A DNA stretch of 34,628 nt from Porphyridium purpureum. Its lineage: Eukaryota. The first letter of the stretch is position 1. Every line of letters begins with the position of its first letter. Below the pieces are notes generated by a model. The model saw only the letters and a list, made by a program, of their open reading frames with translations, had not been told where the DNA came from and searched no databases. Shown piece by piece: positions 21,948 to 30,634 of the stretch. The translations under genes were made by a program, and so were the position numbers. The stretch is taken from NCBI GenBank assembly GCA_008690995.1, contig VRMN01000013.1, positions 372,001 to 406,628 on the forward strand. Direction: 5' to 3'.

Positions 21948-22230
21948 GAGCACGAGTGAGCACGGATGAAAGCACAGAACACTACTGAGCACGAGTGAGC
22001 ACGGATGAAAGCACAGAACACTACTGAGCACCAGTGAGCACGGGTGAGAGCACAGAACACTACTGAGAATGATAGAACACTACTGAAGACTACAGAACAC
22101 TACTGAAGACCACAGAACACTACTGAAGACTACAGAACACTACTGAAGACCACAGAACACTACTGAAGACCACAGAACACTACTGAAGACCACAGAACAC
22201 TACTGAAGACCACAGAACACTACTGAAGAC
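21948..22230. repeat. Compound minisatellite: 39-bp unit x3, then 20-bp ACTACTGAAGACCACAGAAC units
   Basis: 39-bp units at 21948, 21987 and 22026; the 20-bp array ends abruptly at CCATAG 22230. Confidence 0.92.
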
Positions 22231-22321
22231 CATAGACGTGGTGAATGACGAGTGTCTTATTTATTACATATCTCGGCTTCTATGCGTCTTGAAAACATGT
22301 TTCACTTATCGTTCGATGCAG
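22230..22321 (+). repeat. Module C copy 2 (92 bp)
   Basis: Identical to 20124..20215. Confidence 0.95.
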
Positions 22322-22427
22322 GGTTAGAGGCGTTTTTCAGGTAGGGTGGGCCCTGCGGTTCGGCCATACCATAGTACAGTTGCTTCGGGCTACAGTACAG
22401 TTGCGTTGGACTATAGTACATGGTTAT

Positions 22428-23236
22428 CTTTAAATTCTCGCACGCTTGATGATGACAAGCGCACGAACCCGGATGACACAACCCTTCTCAGATGACCGAA
22501 CCCCAGCAACACGACGCACACAGCACAGAGAACACAACCACACGACGCACACAACACAGACGACGAATACCCGGGGCGTGGAAAATCCAGCGTATAGGGC
22601 CTCTACTATTGCCTTTCGCGTCGGCACAGACAGCACCGGTCTCGACAGGGGCAGGGTGTCGTAACGGACAAAGCCGCCGTCTGCCTTCAGTGCTCCAAGA
22701 GCACCGAAACCCCCCAGACACGATGTGCTGCTGGCTCTGCTACACAGGCTCAGCAAAAGGCCCCACGCCTTCCGACGGCCACGCCCAGGCACCCGACACC
22801 AAAGAACAACTCTTCCTTTATTCTCTGTGTCGTACTCCCTTGCCTCTACTTCTTCCGCTCTAAAGAAAATCCGGGGAACCGCACAGGCCCGCGCCCATTA
22901 TATACCCCGCCGTCCTTGCTGTCCTTGACGCGGAAGGGAGAAATTATTTCTCCCAAAAGGCTGGGCTTTCCTCCGTTCGTTCCACAGAACGAAGCCACAG
23001 CCAGCCACGTCAGCAAGCGGCTCAATGGGTGCTGGCCGGCCGCCAAGCGGCTCCTGCTTCCCTCGGACACGCGACTGCGGCTCCTCGGGGCGAAAGACAA
23101 CAATACACAAAACCAGAGGTACAGGGTAAAAAACCACGCGGGCGAAAAAGCCCCTGTACCTCAAACAATTCCGAGACGCCGTACCTCCGGGTGTACACCC
23201 AGGGCGTCTCTCGGACCGGAACACTTTTAATCCATG
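22428..23236 (-). repeat. 3' LTR (809 bp)
   Basis: Matches 27622..28430 with about 9 substitutions and two 1-bp indels by manual count. Confidence 0.95.
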
Positions 23237-26200
23237 CTCCTCCTTCCGATCTGAGGGACGCGTAACATAGTCCAACACCTGATATGACCTTCCGGAAACA
23301 AAGGTTTTGTCATCAAGTCGGACACGTTTTCCCCCGTCCTCACATATTCCAATCTCACCAGCTTTTGCTTCTCGCAAACTTGGTGTATCCACGCCAAGTC
23401 CGTGGCTCTGGTCACTGCCATGTGATGCAACTTTGGCGAGTAGCCCATCTCGACCGCACGGAGAACAACTTGACTATCACAAAGCAGGGTCAACGCATAA
23501 TCCCCCTCTTGCACGCTTCGAAGAAACGACAATGCCGGAAACAAAGATAACTGCACCGCTTCTTCCAGAGCGGCCATCTCAGACTCAGAGGTCGAAGAGC
23601 TCACAAAGCGTTGCCTTCTGGAGCTCCAATCGACCAGATACTTGTTTCCACCCGCGACCAAGTACGTCACTCTCCCAGACGTTGACTTGCGCGTTTCCGG
23701 GCATCCAGCAAAGTCGGCATCAGCATAGCCCAAGACGCTTACGTCGCCGATCTTCAATGACGTCATCTGCAAATACTCAAGTGGCTCACGAGGCACCTTC
23801 AAGTATTGCATGACGCGAACCAGGAGTCTCTCAGCTGCGACGTTCCAGCTATCCACATACCGAGCCACCACTCCAACTGCATAGGAGATATCCGGTCTGA
23901 CCGTCCTGGCCAACCACAGCAGCCGCCCGACATGCTCGCGTATTTTCAGATGTCCATGTTCGACTTGAACATCCAATACAGCGTCAGCATTCATCTTCTC
24001 ACCTGGTGATTTCACCGCTCGCAGCACCTGCCCAAGTTCTTCTTCGAATTCCTTCACCACCAAAGCTTGGTAGTGATCATGACCCAACGAAAACCGTGTC
24101 GCCGACTCCGAGATCGTGAGTCCTAGGAACCTTAACGGGGCTCCTTCCGAGAGGACTTCCGGCTCCTTCTCAATGAGGAACTCTGACCTCAACTCTCGAA
24201 ATATCTCACCCCGATCCTTCTCGACACACGCGAGCAGACCATCGTCGACATACAAGGCTAGGAGTGCAACAGATGCACTTCCCGCCATCTTTTTCACGTA
24301 TACGTTCTTCTCGCCGTGAATCAAATCCCACCCGAACTTTTGAAGTCTTCTGCGGGCATCCTGGGAAAAGTCAGACCCGCTTCTTGGCAAGCCATAAAGC
24401 GCCCTCCTCAAGCGAACGACAAGTCCATCACCTCCTCCTGGAACGTGTCGGGGCAACATGGCAAACGTCGGTGGTCCTGACAAGTCAGCGTGTAAGTACG
24501 CCGACGTCACATCGAACGATACGATCTTCAATCCTAGGATAGCGGCCAAAGCTATCAGCATTCTGATCGCAGACAGGCCCGCGGGCACCTCATAGTCAAA
24601 CACATCCTGAGTGACCTTCCCTGAGGCATCCCAAATCCTATTTCCACCAGCAACAAGCCGACACTTGACCTTGCGAAACTCCTCCGGAAGCTCAGCGAAC
24701 TTCAATCCGAATATAAAGTGTGTCCGCACAAATCGTGCGCCTGGGACCTTGAGAGCTTCTTCCCTTGAAATAGGTTGCTCATCCCATACCTTGAATCGGA
24801 TCATCAAGTCCACTTCTTTTTGCATGGCTTCTCTTCCAGCCGAAGAAGCCAGAGCTTGGCTCGTCTGCAACAAAGTTGTCAAGTTCAATTGCGGTGTTTC
24901 TGGAGCAACTCCTGCGCGTTGCCTCCAATTTTCCTCCGAGAGGCCCATATTATGAGCCCGGGCTCGCACATCCTTTCCGTTTCTTGAATCGCGGAACACT
25001 GCCTTATATTCTTGCAGAGTTCTTTCCCACTTCCCCCAGCCAAAGAGCCGTAAGCCATCCATGATGGCCTGATCCTCTTCCCGGCTCCAAGATACCCTGG
25101 GTTTTCGTTTCCCCCTTCTTCCAATAGGTAGGGGAACATCCTCCTTCAAGTTCCCGGATACACGCGCCTCGGCCGTATTCGTAGGCAACACCATAGTCTC
25201 TTGACTATCCGGTTCTTCCTGCCTAGAGTGAAAGTCGATTTCACCCTCACGTGCCGAGACCTCCTCGTCATCCCTTGTTTCCAAAGTCCGCATTGGAAAC
25301 ACTTCAGGGAACGCCTTGAAGTCCTGAGTGCGAGTCAGCTTCGGTGCCGCACTCGTCCACTCCTCCTGAGGAAGGACCCAGATTGCCAGCGGATGCTCCG
25401 CAACTCCAACAAGGACTCCAATCTTTCCTCTGGGTGCATACTTGTTCTCCGGTTGATCATTCTTGAAAACCACCTTGCACCCAAATGGTACTGCTACCTT
25501 CCCCCGCTTCCATCTCTCACCGTACCTCATTTCATACGGAGACTTCCCAGACTTCTTGTCTGGGTGCAGCCGATTGAACATGAATACGAAATGCTGAGCG
25601 GCATGCAAAAACCACCGCTTTCCCAGCCCAGACTGCAGGAGATTTGCTCGTACCCCCTGATTCAAAGTATGATGGAAACGTTCCTGTTCAGCGTGGCTAT
25701 TCGGTCTATGTGGGACCCCAATCTCATGCTTCACGAGATTCTCCCGTACCAAATTGCTCACATTTCCCCTGAACTCGTTTCCATCATCTGTCCTCAGTAC
25801 CTTTGGCCATCCTCGCCCGGCTTGCACGCTTGTCCAAGCTTCAGCAACCGCCGTATGCGTTTTGGCTCTCAATCCTGCCAGTGTGGCCCACCTCGTCGCT
25901 CTATCGATGTGCGTCAGCATGTGCTTCGCTCCATCGATGGCTTCCACGTTACGTCCGGGCTCCACCAGGTCGATCCCAACTTCGTCATTGAACGACAAAG
26001 TGGACAAGTCCTTCTCCAGCCTTCTTGCTGGTCGGCTCTTGATCTTGGCCACAGCACACGTCTCACAATCATCCCGCATCGGCATGTGAGTCAACGCATG
26101 TTCCATCCCGGCCATCTTTCCTTCGACCTCTTCACTGGCACTCTCCTCTTCTCCATCGTACGCTTGATTTCCGCTTGACTCGGAAAGAGCGTCCACGACA

Positions 26201-26652
26201 TTTACCATCGCACAATCTTCCACATTTTCAAGTTCCAAGTCCATCGAACCCCTCTGCCAATCAATCCTCGGGTTCACGCGACTCAGCCAGTCCCACCCGA
26301 GAATTGCATCCATTTGCAGAGGTCCGACATAAAACTTGACCGGCCCTTTCCAGAACCCAAGATCAACATGCTGCAACACCGGGCCATGCACTAAGACACT
26401 TTGCCCACCCGCAAGCTTGACCATTCCGTTCTCGCGCCCTTCAAATCTGCCGACAAAGCGAGATCCAAGAAAATTGTGCGATGCTCCGCTGTCCACCAGA
26501 AATTGGACAGACTCGCCATCTAAAGTTCCACGCTTGTAGAGCAACCTCGACGCCGCATCAGCGCGCCAGACCTCACCTACAAAGCCCATCCCGGGAGGTT
26601 CCGTTCCCCTCGAGTGCACCTCCCAGCTTCTCCCTCGAGGTTTTAGTTTTCC
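23227..26652 (-). CDS. pol: Pol polyprotein: aspartic protease, integrase, Myb-like domain, Copia-type reverse transcriptase, RNase H (entered by -1 frameshift)
   Basis: Protease FLVDSGASHNF. Integrase HALTH...CETC, VGIDL, LRTDDGNEF, AEQER and PFGCKV. RT KCRLVAGG, FDVTSAYL, RALYGLPRSG and LYVDD. Then RPDISYAV and RNase H YADADFAG..RKSTSG, SSSTSESE. The frame is open upstream at least to 26727; the stop codon lies inside the 3' LTR. Confidence 0.93.
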   Translation of the reverse strand, partial: GKLKPRGRSWEVHSRGTEPPGMGFVGEVWRADAASRLLYKRGTLDGESVQFLVDSGASHNFLGSRFVGRFEGRENGMVKLAGGQSVLVHGPVLQHVDLGFWKGPVKFYVGPLQMDAILGWDWLSRVNPRIDWQRGSMDLELENVEDCAMVNVVDALSESSGNQAYDGEEESASEEVEGKMAGMEHALTHMPMRDDCETCAVAKIKSRPARRLEKDLSTLSFNDEVGIDLVEPGRNVEAIDGAKHMLTHIDRATRWATLAGLRAKTHTAVAEAWTSVQAGRGWPKVLRTDDGNEFRGNVSNLVRENLVKHEIGVPHRPNSHAEQERFHHTLNQGVRANLLQSGLGKRWFLHAAQHFVFMFNRLHPDKKSGKSPYEMRYGERWKRGKVAVPFGCKVVFKNDQPENKYAPRGKIGVLVGVAEHPLAIWVLPQEEWTSAAPKLTRTQDFKAFPEVFPMRTLETRDDEEVSAREGEIDFHSRQEEPDSQETMVLPTNTAEARVSGNLKEDVPLPIGRRGKRKPRVSWSREEDQAIMDGLRLFGWGKWERTLQEYKAVFRDSRNGKDVRARAHNMGLSEENWRQRAGVAPETPQLNLTTLLQTSQALASSAGREAMQKEVDLMIRFKVWDEQPISREEALKVPGARFVRTHFIFGLKFAELPEEFRKVKCRLVAGGNRIWDASGKVTQDVFDYEVPAGLSAIRMLIALAAILGLKIVSFDVTSAYLHADLSGPPTFAMLPRHVPGGGDGLVVRLRRALYGLPRSGSDFSQDARRRLQKFGWDLIHGEKNVYVKKMAGSASVALLALYVDDGLLACVEKDRGEIFRELRSEFLIEKEPEVLSEGAPLRFLGLTISESATRFSLGHDHYQALVVKEFEEELGQVLRAVKSPGEKMNADAVLDVQVEHGHLKIREHVGRLLWLARTVRPDISYAVGVVARYVDSWNVAAERLLVRVMQYLKVPREPLEYLQMTSLKIGDVSVLGYADADFAGCPETRKSTSGRVTYLVAGGNKYLVDWSSRRQRFVSSSTSESEMAALEEAVQLSLFPALSFLRSVQEGDYALTLLCDSQVVLRAVEMGYSPKLHHMAVTRATDLAWIHQVCEKQKLVRLEYVRTGENVSDLMTKPLFPEGHIRCWTMLRVPQIGRRSMD
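23237..23247 (-). other. Polypurine tract GGAAGGAGGAG
   Basis: 11 purines abutting the 3' LTR on the element sense strand. Confidence 0.85.
26591..26652 (-). promoter_or_regulatory. Predicted -1 ribosomal frameshift signal (G_GAA_AAC + H-type pseudoknot)
   Basis: Heptamer 26652..26646 directly before the gag stop, 5-nt spacer, stem 1 CCTCGAG/CTCGAGG, stem 2 CTGGGAGGT/ACCTCCCGG; pol is in the -1 frame. Confidence 0.78.
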
Positions 26653-27599
26653 GGGCCTCCCGCCAAGTGCCCATTCCGCTTTGGGCAATTGGGTTTGATG
26701 TGGCCGCGCTGCCCGCAATGGTAGCATCTGACTTTGCCCATGTCCGCACGCTTGCGCTTCTCCGGCTGGCGTTTCTCCACGACGCCCAAATCCATTGGCG
26801 CCGTCCCGGCATACGACGAGCTGTTCCGGTAGTTTGGACTCGAGGCGCCATGAAAAGCCTCCCTCATGTCTCCTCCAAACCTACCAACCTGCTCCGCAGC
26901 CAACGCCGCCCTCAGCGACTCTTCCAGCGTCTTCGTGTCCTGACGCGCCACCTCAAGGCGAAGCTTCTCCTTCAGGCCGAGAGTGAAGATGGTGTTGAGC
27001 TCGGCATCCGTCACACTATCCACGGATAGAGCCACCATCCTCAGGCGCTGCTCAAACTCAGCAACAGTCATCTTGCCCTGCTTCAGCTGATACAAGTTCG
27101 TTCGAGCAGTCAGGTATGCCTGCGGCGGCTCAAATGCCGTCCGCACGAAGTTCGCGAACGCATTCCAACCGGACTCGGCCAATGCCATCCTCTGTTCCTC
27201 AGGGCGAGCTGCCCACAGGAGCGCGGCATCCTTCTCAAAGAAGCGCGACGCTACGATCACCTTCTGCGACTCCAGCGCTCCAGCTGGCATGCACATGTCC
27301 AAGTCTTGCTTCATCCTCGACAACCACTCGTTCACAACGAGTTTGTCGCGCTGTCCGTCGTATTTTCTCAAGCTGCGTCCAATCAGCGATGCAACGGTCC
27401 TTTCCGTTTCGCCGGGACCAGCTGACACAGATGCCTGATGCATCACATTCTGCAGCATCTCCTGCAAGAGGCGGTTTCCCTCCTGCAGCTGCACAATCAT
27501 CATTTCTTGTCCTCCGATACGAGCATGAAGCTGGTTGAAAGCTTCAATCCACGACGCGCCGCCCTGCAGGCCCTGCACGTCCATTCCCTCAGAATCCAT
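26643..27599 (-). CDS. gag: Gag (Ty3/Gypsy-type capsid + CCHC zinc knuckle)
   Basis: YDGQRD...EWL, LYQLKQGKMTVAEFEQR, FTLGLK and PMDLG followed by CYHCGQRGHIKPNC. Confidence 0.92.
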   Translation of the reverse strand: MDSEGMDVQGLQGGASWIEAFNQLHARIGGQEMMIVQLQEGNRLLQEMLQNVMHQASVSAGPGETERTVASLIGRSLRKYDGQRDKLVVNEWLSRMKQDLDMCMPAGALESQKVIVASRFFEKDAALLWAARPEEQRMALAESGWNAFANFVRTAFEPPQAYLTARTNLYQLKQGKMTVAEFEQRLRMVALSVDSVTDAELNTIFTLGLKEKLRLEVARQDTKTLEESLRAALAAEQVGRFGGDMREAFHGASSPNYRNSSSYAGTAPMDLGVVEKRQPEKRKRADMGKVRCYHCGQRGHIKPNCPKRNGHLAGGPEN

Positions 27600-27609
27600 C
27601 TTCGCCGAT

Positions 27610-27621
27610 GCGATGATACCA
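27610..27621 (-). other. Primer-binding site TGGTATCA(TCGC), initiator-Met-tRNA type
   Basis: Immediately follows the 5' LTR; the first 8 nt match the common TGGTATCAGAGC PBS. Confidence 0.75.
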
Positions 27622-28430
27622 CTTTAAATTCTCGCACGCTTGGTGATGACAAGCGCACGAACCCGGATGACACAACCCTTCTCAGATGACCGAACCCCAG
27701 CAACACGACGCACACAGCACAGAGAACACAACCACACGACGCACACAACACAGACGACGAATACCCGGGGCGTGGAAAATCCAGCGTATAGGGCCTCTAC
27801 TATTGCCTTTCGCGTCGGCACAGACAGCACCGGTCTCGACAGGGGCAGGGTGTCGTAACGGACAAAGCCGCCGTCTGCCTTCAGTGCTCTAAGAGCACCG
27901 AAACCCCCAGACACGATGTGCTGCTGGCTCTGCTACACAGGCTCAGCAAAAGGCCCCACGCCTTCCGACGACCACGCCCAGGCACCCGACACCAAAGAAC
28001 AACTCTTCCTTTTATTCTCTGTGTCCTACTCCCTTGCCTCTTCTTCTTCCGCTCTAAAGAAAATCCGGGGAACCGCACAGGCCCGCGCCCATTATATACC
28101 CCGCCGTCCTTGCTGTCCTTGACGCGGAAGGGAGAAATTATTTCTCCCAAAAGGCTGGGCTTTCCCCCGTTCGTTCCACGGAACGAAGCCACAGCCAGCC
28201 ACGTCAGCAAGCGGCTCAATGGGTGCCGGCCGGCCGCCAAGCGGCTCCTGCTTCCCTCGGACACGCGACTCCGGCTCCTCGGGGCGAAAGACAACAATAC
28301 ACAAAACCAGAGGTACAGGGTAAAAAACCACGCGGGCGAAAAAGCCCCTGTACCTCAAACAATTCCGAGACGCCGTACCTCCGGGTGTACACCCAGGGCG
28401 TCTCTCGGACCGGAACACTTTTAATCCATG
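27622..28430 (-). repeat. 5' LTR (809 bp)
   Basis: Direct repeat of 22428..23236; contains TATATAA on the sense strand near 28092..28098. Confidence 0.95.
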
Positions 28431-28435
28431 GTTAT

Positions 28436-28755
28436 ACATGTGTAAAAACAAGTAGACCAGATCGTCCAAAGTCCAAAATTACGATGTGTATAGTAAAAAG
28501 ATATCGTTGTCATATGAAAATACTTGGAGGTTGGTGTCCAAAGTTGGCTTTTTCATAGGTAAATGCCAGTGTGTTAGTATGAGAAATCGAGCATAGAAGA
28601 ACGAACCCAAAATAATTGATGGTCATGCATTACATGGGCATCCCATGTTGGTTGTGAAGAAGCATAGTAAAACAGTAGCATTTTGTTAGTATGCATGAGC
28701 ATAGAAAATTGGCATTGAAATATGATGAAGTGCGGGCTCAAGTCGACCTGAGGAC
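28436..28755 (+). repeat. Module B leader copy 4 (its 5' part, 22369..22427, lies on the other side of the LTR element)
   Basis: Shares GTGTCCAAAGTTGGCTTTTTCATAGGTAAATG, ATGCATTAC..GGCATCCC and GCATAGTAAAACAGTAGCATTTTG with the other B copies; followed by a GC-rich tract. Confidence 0.85.
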
Positions 28756-29479
28756 GCCGTGCGCATTGAGCGATTGGCGGGTTGTGCGGCCGGCGAGGGA
28801 GCGAAGAGTGGCGCCGGCGTGGGGCGAGAGACGAGGGGCGCGAATGATGGGGCGAGGTTGGGCGGGCGCGGGCATGAGCGCAGGCGCGAGCGCGGGCGCA
28901 GGCGCAGTCGGGCGGTGGAGCGCGGTGGGGCGCGGGCGGCGGGAAGATAGTTTCGGACGGACGACAGGGAGTGAGGTGGGAAATGGCTGGGAGCGATGGG
29001 CTAGGGACAGCCGGAGATGAGCTGGGGTTAGTCGACAAGAGGCACAAGCGACGCAAAGCGCCCGCATGTGCGCGTGTTCGCCTTGCGCTTCAGTGACTCC
29101 GCTACTTGCCGCAGAAGCTCTCGGAAGACGAATGCACGCGCGTTGATCTCGTAGCCGCGGCGAGGACCAGGGCCGCGGATGTCCGGCAGCGCTTTGCAGG
29201 ATGGGAACGGTATCGAATCTCGTGTCGTGGCTGTGGCTCAAGTCCGCGCGGTTCGGCTGATAGCGTCGGTGATGCATTGAGTCCGAACCAAGCGGCATGC
29301 CCTGCGTGGCATGCCAATGCACCATGTTGAGCGTGTCGTTCTGGATCGCGATCACGCAGTGTGCCAAGCGCCGTTGGATCGTATTGTGGCTGTGCAAGTG
29401 GCAGCGCGAATGTATGGAAAGGTGAAATCGAAGAAGCTTGTGTGCTGTCATGATGGAGGAGCTGTGCATGGAGCCCGCG

Positions 29480-30030
29480 GTTGAGGGCGCTCGGAAACTG
29501 CTGAAAAGTCGCGTGGATCTCAAGGAGGTTGTGGCCGCAGTATCTCCAGCCGCCTTCAGCGCTTGTGTGTGTAATACAAGCGCTACCGTGATTGTTGTTT
29601 GCACCGCGAAGCGGTCGGCTCCGGGTTTTGCTTCTCACAGAAGGAAGTTCGCTGCGCTACAACAGTAGTGTCGGCAGCATGCACGTGCTAGCCGGTGCGA
29701 GTGAATGAGCGTTTCGCTGCGCGTCGCACGCGCATTGCACGAAGCTTGGAGTTGCGATGTGGTGTGTTCCGGTGATCGAATCGCTGATTGGCCCGCGTGG
29801 TGAAGACATCGAGCATTCGCGGTAAAGCCGCAATGAGCTGTGACGTCGTACTCTGGGGTTACTTTGCGCGAACCGCACATCGCGATGGTCGCAGTGTATT
29901 GTGTGCAGGGCATGGCGGAGAACGTGGTGTATTGTGTGCAGGGCATGGCGGAGAACGTGGTGTATTGTGTGCAGGGCATGGCGGAGAACATGGTGAAAGC
30001 GAGCGACTTTGAACCGCCCAATCGGTTAGT
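29480..30030 (+). pseudogene. Possible heavily decayed protein-kinase remnant (cargo 4)
   Basis: Across frames and in kinase order: VDLKE, LLLTEGSSLRY, RIAD/LARVVKT, IRGK..SCDV/YSGVTLRE, EPPNR. Confidence 0.3.
29894..29995. repeat. 33-bp tandem repeat x3
   Basis: GTGTATTGTGTGCAGGGCATGGCGGAGAACGTG at 29894, 29927 and 29960. Confidence 0.92.
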
Positions 30031-30536
30031 CCGCGTGAGTAAGAGGCAAGAAAATCTTTCTGCTGTGGAACGGCTCCAGGCCATGCTCATGCGCCGTGTC
30101 GCGCACTGACAGGCTCTGGCCAGTGTATTGGAGTACGTTCGCACTTTTGCAGTGTCTCTGTAGGCACGGGCAGCGCACTGCAAGCCGCCTGGCAAAACCG
30201 TGATGATGAGGTTGGAAAGCGCGCCGATGATCGTGTGCTGTGGACGCTGGTACAAAATGTGGATTGAAGCATTGAGCTCACTGCGAAAGTGCGTCGCAAA
30301 TCAACAAAGGATGCTGGTCGATATGTATGCAGGCACGTGTGATACGTGTTTGCGGATGGTGCGAGCTCGCAATCGCAATTATAGGAACCAGTGGTTGGCG
30401 CTGGCGTGTCGTCGTGCGTTCGTGCTCCCCAATTGCGTCCGCATGCTAAGGCTTTCGTAAAATGAAAGTGTATGGGTTGCCGGCGTTGAACAAGTCATTC
30501 GAGAAGCTGGCGCGTGATTTACGTGCAGTACGCGCG

Positions 30537-30634
30537 AGCAAGGGCGCGTAAGCAAGGGCGCGCAAGCAAGGGCGCGCAAGCAAGGACGCGCAAGCAAGGG
30601 CGCGCAAGCAAGGGCGCGCAAGCAAGGACGCGCA
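30537..30634. repeat. 14-bp tandem repeat x7
   Basis: AGCAAGGGCGCGCA units. Confidence 0.92.

Larger units (their letters stand above)
22428..28430 (-). mobile_element. Full-length LTR retrotransposon (gag, PR-IN-Myb-RT-RNase H; Copia domain order)
   Basis: Two 809-bp LTRs, flanking duplication GTTAT (22423..22427 and 28431..28435), PBS, PPT, and intact gag and pol ORFs. Confidence 0.96.

Noticed and set aside
21948..22230. Tandem arrays (also 17568, 21111, 30537) as CRISPR
   Set aside because: Units are contiguous with no unique spacers, no cas genes are present, and the context is eukaryotic.
22320..22327. AGGGTTAG (and TTAGGGTTT near 30955) as telomeric seeds for the Myb domain
   Set aside because: Single short matches expected by chance; no telomeric array in the window.
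25201..26178. 325-aa plus-strand ORF and short ORFs within the LTRs
   Set aside because: Antisense to integrase with no motifs; LTR ORFs differ between the two copies by 1-bp indels.
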